Assembly (NCBI GenBank): GCA_049724395.1
Contig: JAUGWO010000069.1
Coordinates: forward strand, 124,001-188,000
DNA from: Spongospora subterranea f. sp. subterranea
Taxonomy: Eukaryota
Direction of reading: 5' to 3'
Length of the DNA: 64,000 nt
Part shown: positions 26,941-39,281 of the stretch, in pieces
Numbering within the stretch: the stretch's first letter is position 1
How the letters are laid out: each line of letters starts with the position of its first letter
Notes under the pieces: generated by a model
What the model was told of the DNA's origin: nothing
The model's database searches: none
What the model saw: the letters and a program-made list of their open reading frames with translations, nothing else
Made by a program: the position numbers and the translations under genes

Positions 26941-29324
26941 ATGTCGCTATTGATCGGGCTTGGGACTCCGCACGATGTAGACACGGCCGTGGTGCGCAGG
27001 GCGCGTATTGGCCCTACTGCCTGACAACAAACCCTGCTGCTTTACATTCTGGCCGACGACGAGGATCAGCCGCACGCGGCGACTCATCCCTCGACAAACA
27101 AGATCTTCCACTCAAGCGTATTCTGGATTAATCAATGGATGGCAAAAATTGCCCGCATCGTCTGAGGTTCTTACAGTTGATGCTCAATCACAGAATCTGC
27201 ATGGTGATTATATTAAAATTCAACAGTTGTGCTATTTATTGATGTTATTTTTCCAGCCCTGTTTTCCACATTACAAGAAATGATTACGTCTTACAAAACC
27301 GTGATAGTAATTGGAAATGCACCGCGGTGTCCGCTCTCATCCGCATGCACCAGGGCAATGCGCGTTTTCATGCTGATTCTCAAGAAAACCAAAATGTACT
27401 GGTTTGACACGTCAACGGAGCCGCCAAAAGCGGCAACGCTGTCGTTTGCCCGTGTACTGGTTAAATCCGGAGGCGCGCTCATTGTCCCGAAGCAGCTATC
27501 TACACATTTGAAATTTTTCAGAATTAGAACGTTGCCTATCAATCCCCCTCATAGTATGACCGTTGTTAAGTCTAACTTTGTCTGGCCGGATGGGTCTGCC
27601 GTTCCAGTCAAAGCTTTCAATATCAAAGGAAAAATTGAGGCGTTATATGCGCTAGACCGTCGCTGGTGTATGAAGACGTTGATATGCTCCAACAGTTGCC
27701 TGGAGTCGTCAATCTCCTGGATGTTTATACGTCGCTGTCATGCGGGCTTGTCTGCTATGTTCGCAGAAAACAAGATCGTCGTTGTTCGTTATGATAACGT
27801 TTATGGCGTCCTTTTCCCCATCACCGGTAAGACAAACTCTCAACCCATGTGTCTCGGTCATGCCGATCATATTAGTAGATTCTATGTTGTATATACATAA
27901 CGTTGGCGAAGAGCTCTACGACAAAGTTTTTCTGCAACTGAATCGGACCGATTTGCCTGAAAATTCGGTTTTCAGTGCCAATGCCTCCAATATATGGACC
28001 CTAACAACTGATTTACCAACAATTGGTAACTCTTTCCATGGGGAAATGATCGACGACTTAGGCCGCGAAACGTATTGTAAGGTGGCAGAAGAACTCATTG
28101 AGGCAGAATGTGAATCACTTTCGGAAACACGGGCTACGTTTGAAAGTCGTTTGGAAAACATCAGGCGCCTATTAGCTGGACAAGATTCGTTGGTAAAAAT
28201 CACTGAAGCGTCTGAGCCTCCACAAGATGCCGTTGATGTCTGGTTTAACCAAGTTGTCAATGGTGAACTTCCGCATGAACAATGTGTTGCCGCACTTCGC
28301 GACGTTGAACGGAGCGTCATTCCAAGTGGAAAACAAGATAGACATACTCTGATGATTGATAAGCTTACTCAACATGCTGACGATCGGGATCATCGTCTAT
28401 CCAATGCAGCTCCTGAAATCCGCCTTCGATTTCTACAGCTACAGCTAATTCTCACGTTTGAGTTATCAAGATTGAAACAACTGCCTGATCCTCTTGAAGA
28501 GTCGCTTTTGAATTCACTTCGAAGTCAGTCGTCTACCCTAGCCGTTTTATCGGTGGATGCGTGTCCTGGGTCTTTGCAACGTTTTCTAGGGAAAACCCTG
28601 TACAAGTGGTACGGGCTCAGGTTTCCTCTGACGTTGCTTGAATTATACGGAAGATCTGGACATTAAACCTCCCAGCCAGCTATGCAATGATATTGAATCA
28701 ACCCAAGAACCGTGCACCGTAGTTCAAACAATTACGCCATTGTTAAACGATTCTGAAACCGTGGACGACGAGAAGTTTTTCGCCGTCTCGGAATTCAACC
28801 TGTCGTCTACCCGATCGCTGTCTGCTAGCGGCGGGTCATGGCCGTTTGATGAAGGATCTGCCCTTTTGAACATGATATCTCAAGAGGGGTCATTGAAACG
28901 TAGGCGAACCATTAGCGGCCATATTGCCAGTTCTAGTCGTGTAGAAAACACGCTGCGATGGAATCCTTCATTTACCGATCGATTGTCTAAACGGCGTAAA
29001 TCGGATTCGAAGTTCGTTTCAAGCGGAGCGGCGGAATGTGTCCCTGTTCCTCTTGTTAAACCAAAGTCCAACATTCTCGTGGAAGCGTCACCCTCACGGC
29101 CATCAGCTCTTCCAAGCGAAGCTTTTACCCCTCGTCGTCGAGCGACTTTATTCGGGTTATCAGTCAGGGAATCGCCGCATATGGATCCAAGACCAGCCAG
29201 TGTCTTAGCACAAATTCATTCTCCCATCCTTAGCCGCAGGCGGTCGTCTATGAGCACCACGTCTGTTAATCGGGCTCTGTCTTTTGAAGACAGCGACGAT
29301 GATGAGTTTGCTAGGCCACAATGA
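26941..29324 (+). CDS. TICRR: Treslin/TICRR (Sld3-like) replication initiation factor, with apparent frameshifts
   Basis: STD-like block IRLRFLQLQLILTFEL...FLGKTLYKWY..FPLTLLELY(E)DL, C-terminal CDK sites VEASPSR and VRESPH, alpha/beta N-terminal region. Extra base at 28649-28650 and probably near 27003. Confidence 0.7.
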
Positions 29325-29425
29325 ACACACCAATACTGGATTTCATATCAATGGTCCCAATATCTATACAATACGTATTTCCCCATATCAAAATGGACAT
29401 AGCTAAAACGCTTCGTACAGTTTAA

Positions 29426-31797
29426 TCAATAAGCATCGGCAGATCGAGTTGTTTGTGAAGAAAATGAACTCAAAAAAAGCGCAATGTTGACGTTATTTTG
29501 TCTGAGCTTGTTAACGAAGATCGCAGAGGGCAGATTATAGAGCAAATTATCTCGCATCCAAACCATTGTCGGGTTGCTGAACTGACCGATCTTGCTCTGA
29601 ATATACGATGATTTAGCGATCGACCTGACATGACCACGCCTCTTTGTCTCATATTGATAACACGCTTCAATATCTCCATCAGCGTACTTGTGGTACTCAC
29701 CAATGAGTGTGCTCAATATGAACCCATCCTCAATCGCCATACACGCCCCTTGGCCCATATTCGGTGTCACCGGATGTGCTGCGTCCCCAACTAGAACCGA
29801 TCGGAAGGCAGACCAACTGCCAGCGTCCGATTTACGATCGATGATCGGATGGCGATACAGGTTGGAGGTTTCAGTCAGGTCGTACAATTGCTTGAGATAA
29901 TCAGGCCATTTTGATCGATCTGGTTTAGCCTGGTCCGATTGGCACTGTTTTACCCACCAATACCCTTTCTGCTGTTGATCGCCGTCAATCATTCCAAACG
30001 CAGCTCGAAGCCCGTTCCCGTAATGGATTGTCATGGTGTTGGGGGATAGGACGCCAAGTACCTGGCGATATATTCTGGGGAAAGTAAACGTTGCAGTGTT
30101 AAGTTCCGCACCTTGATCTTGAGCAGGTATATCGATTGTCCCACGATAGCAGACCTCACCACAATATCGTACCGGTTCCTTTGCTCCCTGAACAAATCCC
30201 CTGACGGCTGAGTACACCCCATCAGCACCGATAACCAATCTGCTATTGATCACCGTCGGCAATGATGAATGATCCCCCATATTCTCCATGATCACGCGAA
30301 CACTACTTTCGGATGCGTCGCCTTGTATATCCACCAGTTTCGTGTCGTACCGCAGGACAGCGTTTGGAACCAGAACCGCTAACTGATCGAGTAATACGCG
30401 GCGCGGTATAAGGCGGAATCGTTCACCAGTACCTTGAGTGACAGCTCTCATATCAACACGATGGAGAAGATGATTATCGCTCATACGCTGCATGTGCACC
30501 CAATCAATTGGTCGACTATGGTTATCGAATACAGATTGGGGAACGCCCAACTCTCGAAGAATGAGGACGGCGGCAGGCCATAACGCTAGATCTGCACCGT
30601 CACCGGAATCCTTGGCAGATCGCTTGTCGATCACGACGAACGGTATTCCCAAACGATGTAGAACGATGGCTGATGTGAGGCCGGCAACACCAGCACCACA
30701 TATAACTACAGGAGATGGATCTGGGTTGTGGTTTCCGGAGACCGCTGATAGCGATCGAATCGATTGACACGATTTGATAAAGTACTGGAAGAGGAACGCC
30801 ACGACGACCATACTCCATTCCATACCGATATTCCAAGCTCTTCTGGATGACGTGTCCAATAGGATTGCCCAGATTACTAACGAGCAATGCTGCAGCGACA
30901 AGGCCACGATATCGTCGTATCGATATGGAGTGCGATATCGCGCCCTGAATATGATATAAACACCTAGCGGGAATGACGCCATGGCTGCTATTCTCATCGA
31001 TAGAGTTGGCATTGTGACCCAGACGGAAATGTACGCCAGCAGCATAGAGGCGGCGGAAAGGTTAATCGCGAATCGATCACCGCATAAGACAGGGATTGTG
31101 ACCTTGCCTGCAAGCCAATCAGGACGGCGATCGTTGAGATTCAGTATCAGGAATAATGAGAATTTGATAAATGACGATGGCCATATGATGTGAGATAGGC
31201 GAGCGTCGAAAACGGATCTAAACTCGTCAGACTGGGACGATGCGGCGAACAGCGGCAAGAGAATGTTCTGAACGACAACGGCGGCCAGCTCGCCCAGGGC
31301 GCGGTGGTTGAGGCTAAACGGCGGCGCTGAATATTGATAAGCGATAGCAATCATAGATAGTGATAAATATGAGAGATGGCGGGGAAGAACGAACACGATA
31401 AGGATCAGAGAAAACGCGATAAACACTGAGGACATGATTAGAGATATTCGAGTATTTATGGATCCTGATTTGAAAACGCCAGATCCGCCAGTTAATCGGC
31501 TTCCATAACTGTTCAGACCTATCACAGCCGATAATAAGATGGAAATTTACCACGGTCGGACGGCGAGTATTTACGATCTGAGGCGACATCGTAATACTCG
31601 CCAAGATAATGGGCGACCATCTGGCAGGAGAACACGAACAGGTACGACGTGAATAGACGCCATGGATTCAGAGCGATGTTCAGGACATCGCATGCGACGA
31701 TAGAAGTGGCCACGTAAGTGATGGCGCTAAACATGGTCATATGCAATCGGCCCAGGCGAAATATGATCATGATCCGGCTCATGATTGGGCCCTCCAT
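29426..31797 (-). CDS. Fusion of a MenA/UBIAD1-like (UbiA family) prenyltransferase and a group A FAD-dependent monooxygenase
   Basis: GEYYDVASD, TGGSGV, YSAPPFSL..RALGE and NLNDRRPDWLAGKVT, then in the same frame GAGVAG, IGADGVYSAVR and VGDAAHPVTPNMGQGACMAIEDG; one 56-nt intron 31519-31574. Confidence 0.9.
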
Positions 31798-32284
31798 TAT
31801 TGGCCCCAGAAAATATCGACAAAGGAGCCCAGTACCCCCTTTGAGGCTGAGTCCCCCTGACGTAACGCAGTTGTGGGCGAGTTAAATACGCCACATGACT
31901 GCGGTCGAGGGTACGATACAACTGGCACGTGTATCACTTGTTACCAAAGTCGAGTCACAAGTTACAACACGTGTAACCACTAACCAGGGTCGACTTACAC
32001 GCTACCACTGATGCAGCAATTCTGAGATGTCGGATATCGACGTCAGTTGAGCAGCAGATCTGCCGTATGGATGTGGACTGCCAATGAACAGTTACCGCTT
32101 GCCAGTGATCGCTAGGAATCCTGCTGGCAGGTGGCTCATCTGCAAATGCTGCATTTTTAGAGGTTCGGAAATTTGCCCAGTGGCAAATGCGCCAACAAGC
32201 AGGCAAGAAAACGTCTTAATGGCATAAAAGTGGCTTTATGAGTAACTTGAACTGTATTGCTCGTGTTCCCCGCAATCGTTCCTA

Positions 32285-35200
32285 CCGTCTTCCCCCGAGG
32301 CGTTGTGTTCGAATAGTGCGCCCACTAGGCGTTCTATTCGAATTCAAACGCCTAGGCGTTCTATTGGGAGCAACGGCAGAAACTTTTCGGAAACATGAAC
32401 GGGGTAGTCGTTCTACATATTAAAATTTTCGTTTCCTTCAGGTGATACGGATTTTTTGAAATGACAGTGTACAGTATGTGTGGATACATTTAGGAGAAAA
32501 AAGAACTGGCCACACCCACGGTAGGGTTTTAACCAACCACACTGAGGATTATCACCACCGAGGAATACCGGTAGGGTCTTCGGCGCCCAAATGAAAAAGT
32601 GCGCCAAGGAGTTGACGGCTACCCCAGGCCTGGATCAGGAACACCCAACAGTGGGATTGCCTACAACCAAGATAGGTTCACCAACACCCACGCGATCAGA
32701 TTTTGGCTGACTCTGCTAGTGAATCCGTCTCTGACAATGGCAATATCGGTTTGCTGTTGAGATCGGCATTCAGGACGCATCTGCGTTGAAGGCAGTTAAA
32801 AAGTCATGGCATCGCATAGTATTTTCAAATCCGACCTGGTGAAATGTAATTTCGTCCACGAAGAAACTGACGATTTACCGTTTAGTCGACTCGCACACAA
32901 TGCGAAAAAGGTACGCGCGATGTACATCGTCACGTTGCTTTGCCGAAATCGTCGACCAAGACAACATGTTTTGTGGGGTAAAATATGCGATCAACACGTG
33001 CCAGATAGATGGAACGTCGGAAATCTTTCATTAAGGACTTCACCTTGCCGATATGGAGGAAAATGATTTTCGCTCCCCGTGCAGGCCTAAGGCAATCGGA
33101 ACGCATTGGAGTTGTCGTTGAACTGGTGTTTATTAAGTTGAGTTTCAGGTCATACAGGTGAATAAAATATGTACTGAATATCCCAATGATAATTGAATTA
33201 TTATTCCCTTTTCGACGATGTTCGGTAATGAATAATACGAAGGTTCGCCCTCACTATAGCCGAACGCGAACGGCTGGTTATCATTCTAATTATCCCAATT
33301 CTCAGCGATTTTGAGGCTGTCTATTTTCGCTAGCACAACATCAGTAGTGTTAACATGACCTTCTTGTAGCCGAATTCGTTTCACAACATTCCTTTTCGAC
33401 AATGTTCGGTGATGAATAATACGAAGGTGTGCAAAACGACTGGAAAAAAAGTAGACAAAAATTTGCAATGTAAAATCGTCCCTTCCTTAGCGCGGTGAAT
33501 TTGCCTTGACATTAGGTGTCGATGACCCTATTCTGGTCGTTGGTGATCCAATTTCCGGTTGTGTACAACTCATACGAGGTAGTGGCCGAGCCCTAATTTT
33601 TACGCATATTCAGGTTTGGGTGTTCATAACCCGAATCTTGTTGTTCATACTGTATTATGATCCTAAACGTGGCTGCTGTACGCACATTTTAGGGTGCTCG
33701 CAACCCGGACTCTACATTTAGTGTATCTTGTAGTGTTCACCACAGTGTGTCTCCACTCTCCAGTTCGATGTTTGGACCCCAATTGGATCACAGTAAATAC
33801 GCGCTCGACAGCGACAATGACGTCTGGATATCAATCATCGAACCTCTATCACTCGCAACAAACAGAAACATGGCGGTTTTGGATGTGTATTATTAGTATT
33901 ACGAGCCGCTTCCGTGAATAGTGTCAATCAGATGAAGTATTATCGCTTTCGCATGACAAATCGCCTATATAAACAAGTGAAGTAAGCACCCATTTTCTGT
34001 ATGTGGACGCTGCGCTCTGGCTGCTCCGACAACTGAAAACATCTCACCGACAAAATCTTGCAGTGCTGATTGATAACTGATACGGTGATATCCCAGCGAT
34101 GCATGAGGGCGATTGCGTAGACTTCGTTCAAGTCGAGAACGAGCGAGCCGTCAGAAGGCCTTTTGCATCATCCGCGCTGAAAATTTCACTCATTTCGTCA
34201 AAATCGGCCATAAAAGCAACAAGATTCTCGAAGTAATCCTTCGTCGTCTTTAGGTATTTGCCCAAGATGCAGGAACAGAATACAGGCGATAAGGGAGCGG
34301 GGGCCATCTTCGGGCAGGAAAAAAGTTGGCGCATGTTTGGGACAAGTTCGGGTAGTTCCTCTTGAAACAGTTCGAGCGTATCTTTGAAAGAGCGTGCCCA
34401 CTCAACGGGGTCGTAATCGCTGAAAAGTAGAGCCTTGAGAGGAGGATGTAAATCATCAATGTTGAACAGACTCTTCGGGACCAAGCCACAGACAGCAAAC
34501 GTTTTGGCGATATATTGCTGGATGGGAACGAGTCCATCCATTTTTGGCGCCACGTCGTTGTGTCAAGTAATCGGGGCACTTCGGATTTCCTGCCTTTGTC
34601 TGCGTCCTCACGTCACATACAGCTTTCTCGATGTAATTATCGTAGCGGGAGACATAATACGCCTGAACGCTGCCATTAATGGCGACACCCAGCGGCTGAA
34701 GGATATTAGTCATGTTAGGTGGGACAATGACAATGAAAATGTTATGCTTTGCTAGAAGTTTTTGGTTGGAGGCCTTAACATGAGCACCGTAGGAATCGAT
34801 TATGTACAGGACTGGTTCTCGCGAGAATGCGGTCTGTCGGCGGCTGAGCAGCGTGTTGGCTGCGTGATCAATGAAAATTTGATCGTTCCACATACCTATT
34901 TGATTGACGTCGACCAAAAAAACCGGGGGCACATGTGGAATTGTTTTTCATTTTGCCAAACAAATCGTGTGGCTTGATCATTTCACCAGCAGCGCTGACC
35001 GTGAAAGAAATAGTGAAACGCTTATGAGATGTCCCACCCTTCTTAAGGAGGACATTACGCTTTCCTTTGGTGGTTATCGTCGATGACGCCTTGGTCTCAA
35101 AATATCTTGGGACTTGGTCCATATTGAAAATACTTTCGGCTTTGACCTTATGCAGACCGATTAAAGACTGAACTTGATGGACGAGTTCAATACAGATCGC

Positions 35201-35796
35201 AGGTGCATCGGCAGGCGGCTGGATGTTTGACGTCGGTTACAAATTATTTTCTGTTTTGATATTAGCGCACCAGCCCGGTGATGCCCCGCAACCATCTTCG
35301 GCGTCGGAAAACCGTATCGATCCCCGCTGCATTGACATTGCCACCTTCTGGGTGCAGCTTCTTATAAAACACGGCGAGCTTTGGCGCAAATATATTGATC
35401 TTTGACACGAAGTCCTTTATAATTGTGCACCACGACCCATTCCTTCTCTACGTCCTGATACTGAGCACGACGTCCCCCACCAAACAGTCTACGCCGTGTT
35501 CGGGTCACGACATCCCGATTCATCATCGCTTGCGCGATCTCCTCTCTATGTTGGTACCAGCCGCGAATCGTCTTCGTAGAAAGACCCCCATATTTTTTGG
35601 CCAAGGCGGCGAACCATTTGCCCTTAACACCAGGTTGGTGCTCATTAATCAGATCATGTTTGAACTTCAACGAGTTAGCATTTTCGTGGTAATACGCTTT
35701 GGCCTCGAGGATTACGTTCGCCAACCATGGTGAAATATTGTCGCTGAGCTAGCAACCCCGAACACAACGCCTAGGCGTTGTGTTCGGGGAAGACAG
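32285..35796 (-). mobile_element. Degenerate pogo/Tigger-type DNA transposon (CENP-B HTH + DDE_1) with terminal inverted repeats
   Basis: Frameshifted transposase about 33940-35724 (GGGRRAQY, NMDQVP, KRFT, IIDSYGAH, VPPNMTNILQPLGVAING). Ends TA-CCGTCTTCCCC at 32283 and GGGGAAGACAG-TA at 35786-35798 share the subterminal AGGCGTTGTGTTCG. Confidence 0.8.
33204..33428. repeat. Direct repeat of about 40 bp, two copies about 184 bp apart
   Basis: CCTTTTCGAC(g/a)ATGTTCGGT(a/g)ATGAATAATACGAAGGT near 33207 and 33391. Confidence 0.8.
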
Positions 35797-35897
35797 TAGA
35801 TATTCAACATCACATTGCTTCGGCCTCCATCTTTTGAGTCGGACACTCTCGCCGATGTTTAGGAGACCGCAGCGTTGGTCACGATCCATTTTAGATC

Positions 35898-36625
35898 GTG
35901 AGCCTTTCATCGAACCGCAAATGGCGCCGTATTGAACGCACAACTGCTGGAGCCCATTTACATGGCCCAGCCAGAGGAGTTTGTTCAGCCAAGGGCGGAG
36001 ATGCTTGCATTCTGAACAAAGCCCTATATGAACTTAAACAAGCAGGCCGTGCCTGGCAAACAACTCTGTTTAAGACACTGAAAGTCAGCCATTTACAGCA
36101 GTCCGCTTACGAGCCTTGCATTCAACATACAGAATCAAAGACCTCGGAGATGTAAAAACATTTTGAAAAATCGAAATTCTACACCATGGAGCAACCTCAA
36201 TCATAACTCAACGTGTATACATCTTACACCTCCTAGAACACTTCAAACAAGTAGATTTCAAACCAGAACGCACACCTGCGACAGAAATACGCCAGTGTTT
36301 CTGGCTACAATATCTATCAACGCGATTGTAGGACTGTTTAATTCGATTATTACGAACCACTGACGACCCCGATACTCGGGTAGAAAAGCACATTTATATC
36401 ACAACAGTCCCAGGTTGTTCCACGTCAATAACCAAGGAGTAAGATCCTAAGTCTTCCATAGGTCACAACACCACTCCAACCGATCAACATCAATCGACAT
36501 CAAATCGAGCGTGAGTTGCCTACCTAGTTCATAACGGAGGGGGAGGTGTTGAATCCACATCTGTGTCTCGGCCAATGTTGGCCAGAATCCAACGGAATTA
36601 TACGGAAAAACAACGGAATTCAACA
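35898..36625 (+). mobile_element. Ty1/copia remnant (RT fragment, RNase H end, polypurine tract, LTR start)
   Basis: CILNKALYELKQAGRAW...QSAYEPC (RVT_2), RSTSIDIK, then a purine tract GGAGGGGGAGG directly followed by TGTTG at 36547. Confidence 0.75.
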
Positions 36626-36744
36626 GAAAAAGTTAAAATGAATACAAGAGAATAATCCCCTATAACCCTTGTGAAACTACCCTTAAGTCCATTAGGTTTA
36701 TTTGATACCTTGTTTGTTGAGTCATTGGAGGCTCAATTAATTAT

Positions 36745-38760
36745 CTAATCTTGGAATGACCAACGATTATATTGACAGGTACCATCTTCCGTTTTTTCTG
36801 GTCCAGGACAGCGAAGAATACCGAACCTGTAGTAGCTTAGTGATTCTCCCCATCTGCGAGCAAACTCATCAACACTTCCATTGCAATGATGAAGCAAACA
36901 GATGTTGATAGGACGAATGCATTGTCTGACCAACGTGTTCAAATCCGGATGAGGCGGTCTCATTGGTTCGAGCTTCGTATCCATGTACTGATCATATTGT
37001 TGGAGAATTTTGGAAAACACTGGGAGGAGGTTGCGGGTTGATGTAAAGCGAAGATCGCGTCTCTCTTCAATATCAAATGGTGGGTTTTCCTCTCCGCAAG
37101 GATGGTTCATCAAGCCCTGACATTTCCGCTGGCGGAATTGGGAATGCGCGAATTTAGTTCCCCATTTTCGAAACCACTCATTTAGATTTTTGCCACAGTG
37201 ATGAACAAAGCACCCCCAGATGGGTTCCGAAGACCGGGCATAATATGCTCGGTGGCGGATTTGAGTCGTGCGGTCACTTGATTGGTATATCTCGTTGAAT
37301 TTCCAACACAAACTAAGTTTGTCCTCTGAGGTTTTTGAAATTGAAACAGCCTTACTAAGAGCTTCGAGATCCAATGAACTGGAGTCATTGTGCCTGAAAG
37401 CACAAATGTTCATCAGTTTTTCAAAAAAAATGCAAATGAAAACCTGTACTCAGGGTTTTTTAAGATTTTCATCCTCTGGGAGCCACAGGTGTCAAGATAT
37501 GGTACAGGACCGGGGCACCATTTGTCTCCAAAACCCTTGTGATTGAAACGCCCGCCCCAACGTGTCTGGAACAGGTCTATGTCTTTGCCACAGCATTTTA
37601 CAAGACATTGAAGGATGGGGATACAGGAGCGCTTGAGAAAAAGAATCACCCGAGAATTAATACCGATGAGCGATCTTGTGCAAGAGGCCAGTTTCAAAAC
37701 AAAATTCGAAATTAAGATCAGTTTTTGCAGGGTGGTGGTTGCCTTGGTAATTAGCCTAGGATGAGGAACATCGATGTTCTTTTGTTTGACCTGAACGGTA
37801 TCCCGCCCCGACTTTCCGCGCAACTGTAGCTCCATGATGTATTTCGTCATGGCGACACTGTTGTGAAACTCGACCTGTTCTTGATTCGTCTCCTTTCCCT
37901 AAGCAGACGATACCGTTTGTGATCATCAGATCCCAGACAAAGCGGGGAACCAGAGTTCTGACCAGAAACACACAGAGACTCTCATAATCTTTGACCTCAT
38001 CCAGGTCCCAGTGTAGGGGCGGACAGAGCTTCCTCAACCCTAACGCATTACGAAATCCATCCTAGTACAACCATAAGCAGATATTGGTGATCACGATTCT
38101 TACTAGCACGACATTCTCATGAACGTCAACAAGCTGGTTTTTCGAATTGATGGTATTTTCGATGCGGGAGTTTAAAGTTTCGCACTCTACGCTTTCAATT
38201 GACTGTTGACCATCAATACTGATATGGGATGCATCACGGTTTGAACTCGTGCTCGGGTTCCAATCCTAAGAAGAACTCAGCAAACCGAAACACAATTCGG
38301 ACATGAACTGAACGGCTAAATTTTTGGAAGAACTGTTAAACTGGCGAGCGTTTCTGTTATCGGGCAAGACATTATCGAGAGAGTCTTTTGACGGCAAAAT
38401 TTCCGACTCGATGGGAATTTGATTCGGATCGATAAGGCAAGCGAGGTTCTCGCCCTCTTGGCTCAACTGTTGAGAATCGATACTGATATGGGACGCGTCA
38501 ATTTTCGAACCCGGGCTCGAGTCCCATTCCTAAAAACGCACTTAACAAGCTGAATCTCCATTTGAAGATGAAGTAAAGGGCTACATTCAGTAAAGAACAT
38601 TTACCAAACGGGTCGACACGATTGATAGTGGAAAAATCAAACTCCAACAAGGAATTGCCTTCCAGCCAATTTGGCTCCCAAGTCGAATACTCGAATACTG
38701 TAAAGGGCAAATCTTGGGCCTCGTCATGGGGCATTGCCCATTCCTGCGACGGCGACATTA
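36745..38760 (-). CDS. Multi-exon protein with three C-terminal Cys/His repeats (PI..C...(H/C)C......(F/W)...WG.......F....C.G)
   Basis: Repeats at about 37485-37631, 37096-37236 and 36775-36927; 5' exon structure uncertain. Confidence 0.65.
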
Positions 38761-39281
38761 TGTCCTGCAAGGACCAGTGATCTCAGAATTCACTCAATTC
38801 TTCCGCCATCCATACCGAGAAAGTCGACGAGGCGATTTTCGTGGCGGGATTGGCCTGATTTGAGCCAAGCGGTTCGCTCCAGCCATGCCCAGTGTCGGTT
38901 GACACAGATCGAGTCGGTCTGGTCGCCAAAAGCAGTAATCCCAACAAGTTGAGGACATGCATTTGAGGAATGGCGCAACAGTGTTGCGCGAACGATGAGT
39001 TCAGAGTCCGTCATTCCACCTACTCGACAGGATTCGATTAGAAAGAGAGCGGTGCCAATCTTCTGATCCAATCAATTCTTTACAATTGAAAAGACCGGAT
39101 TCAAAATCACCAGTGGGGGCCGTTGAAAATGTAGATATTTATCAACAATAACGGTTGGCGCCAATCGTCGTTACGGCAGGTGGCGCAGATACCCGCTCTT
39201 CTGTCTTTTTCGTTGGATGTCAAAAACATTATTGCATATGTCAATAGATTAAGAGTCCCGACTCTCTACCGATATGCAGAC

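Noticed and set aside
33500..33920. Copia RT-like fragment inside the pogo element
   Set aside because: Similarity is too weak to call without a search
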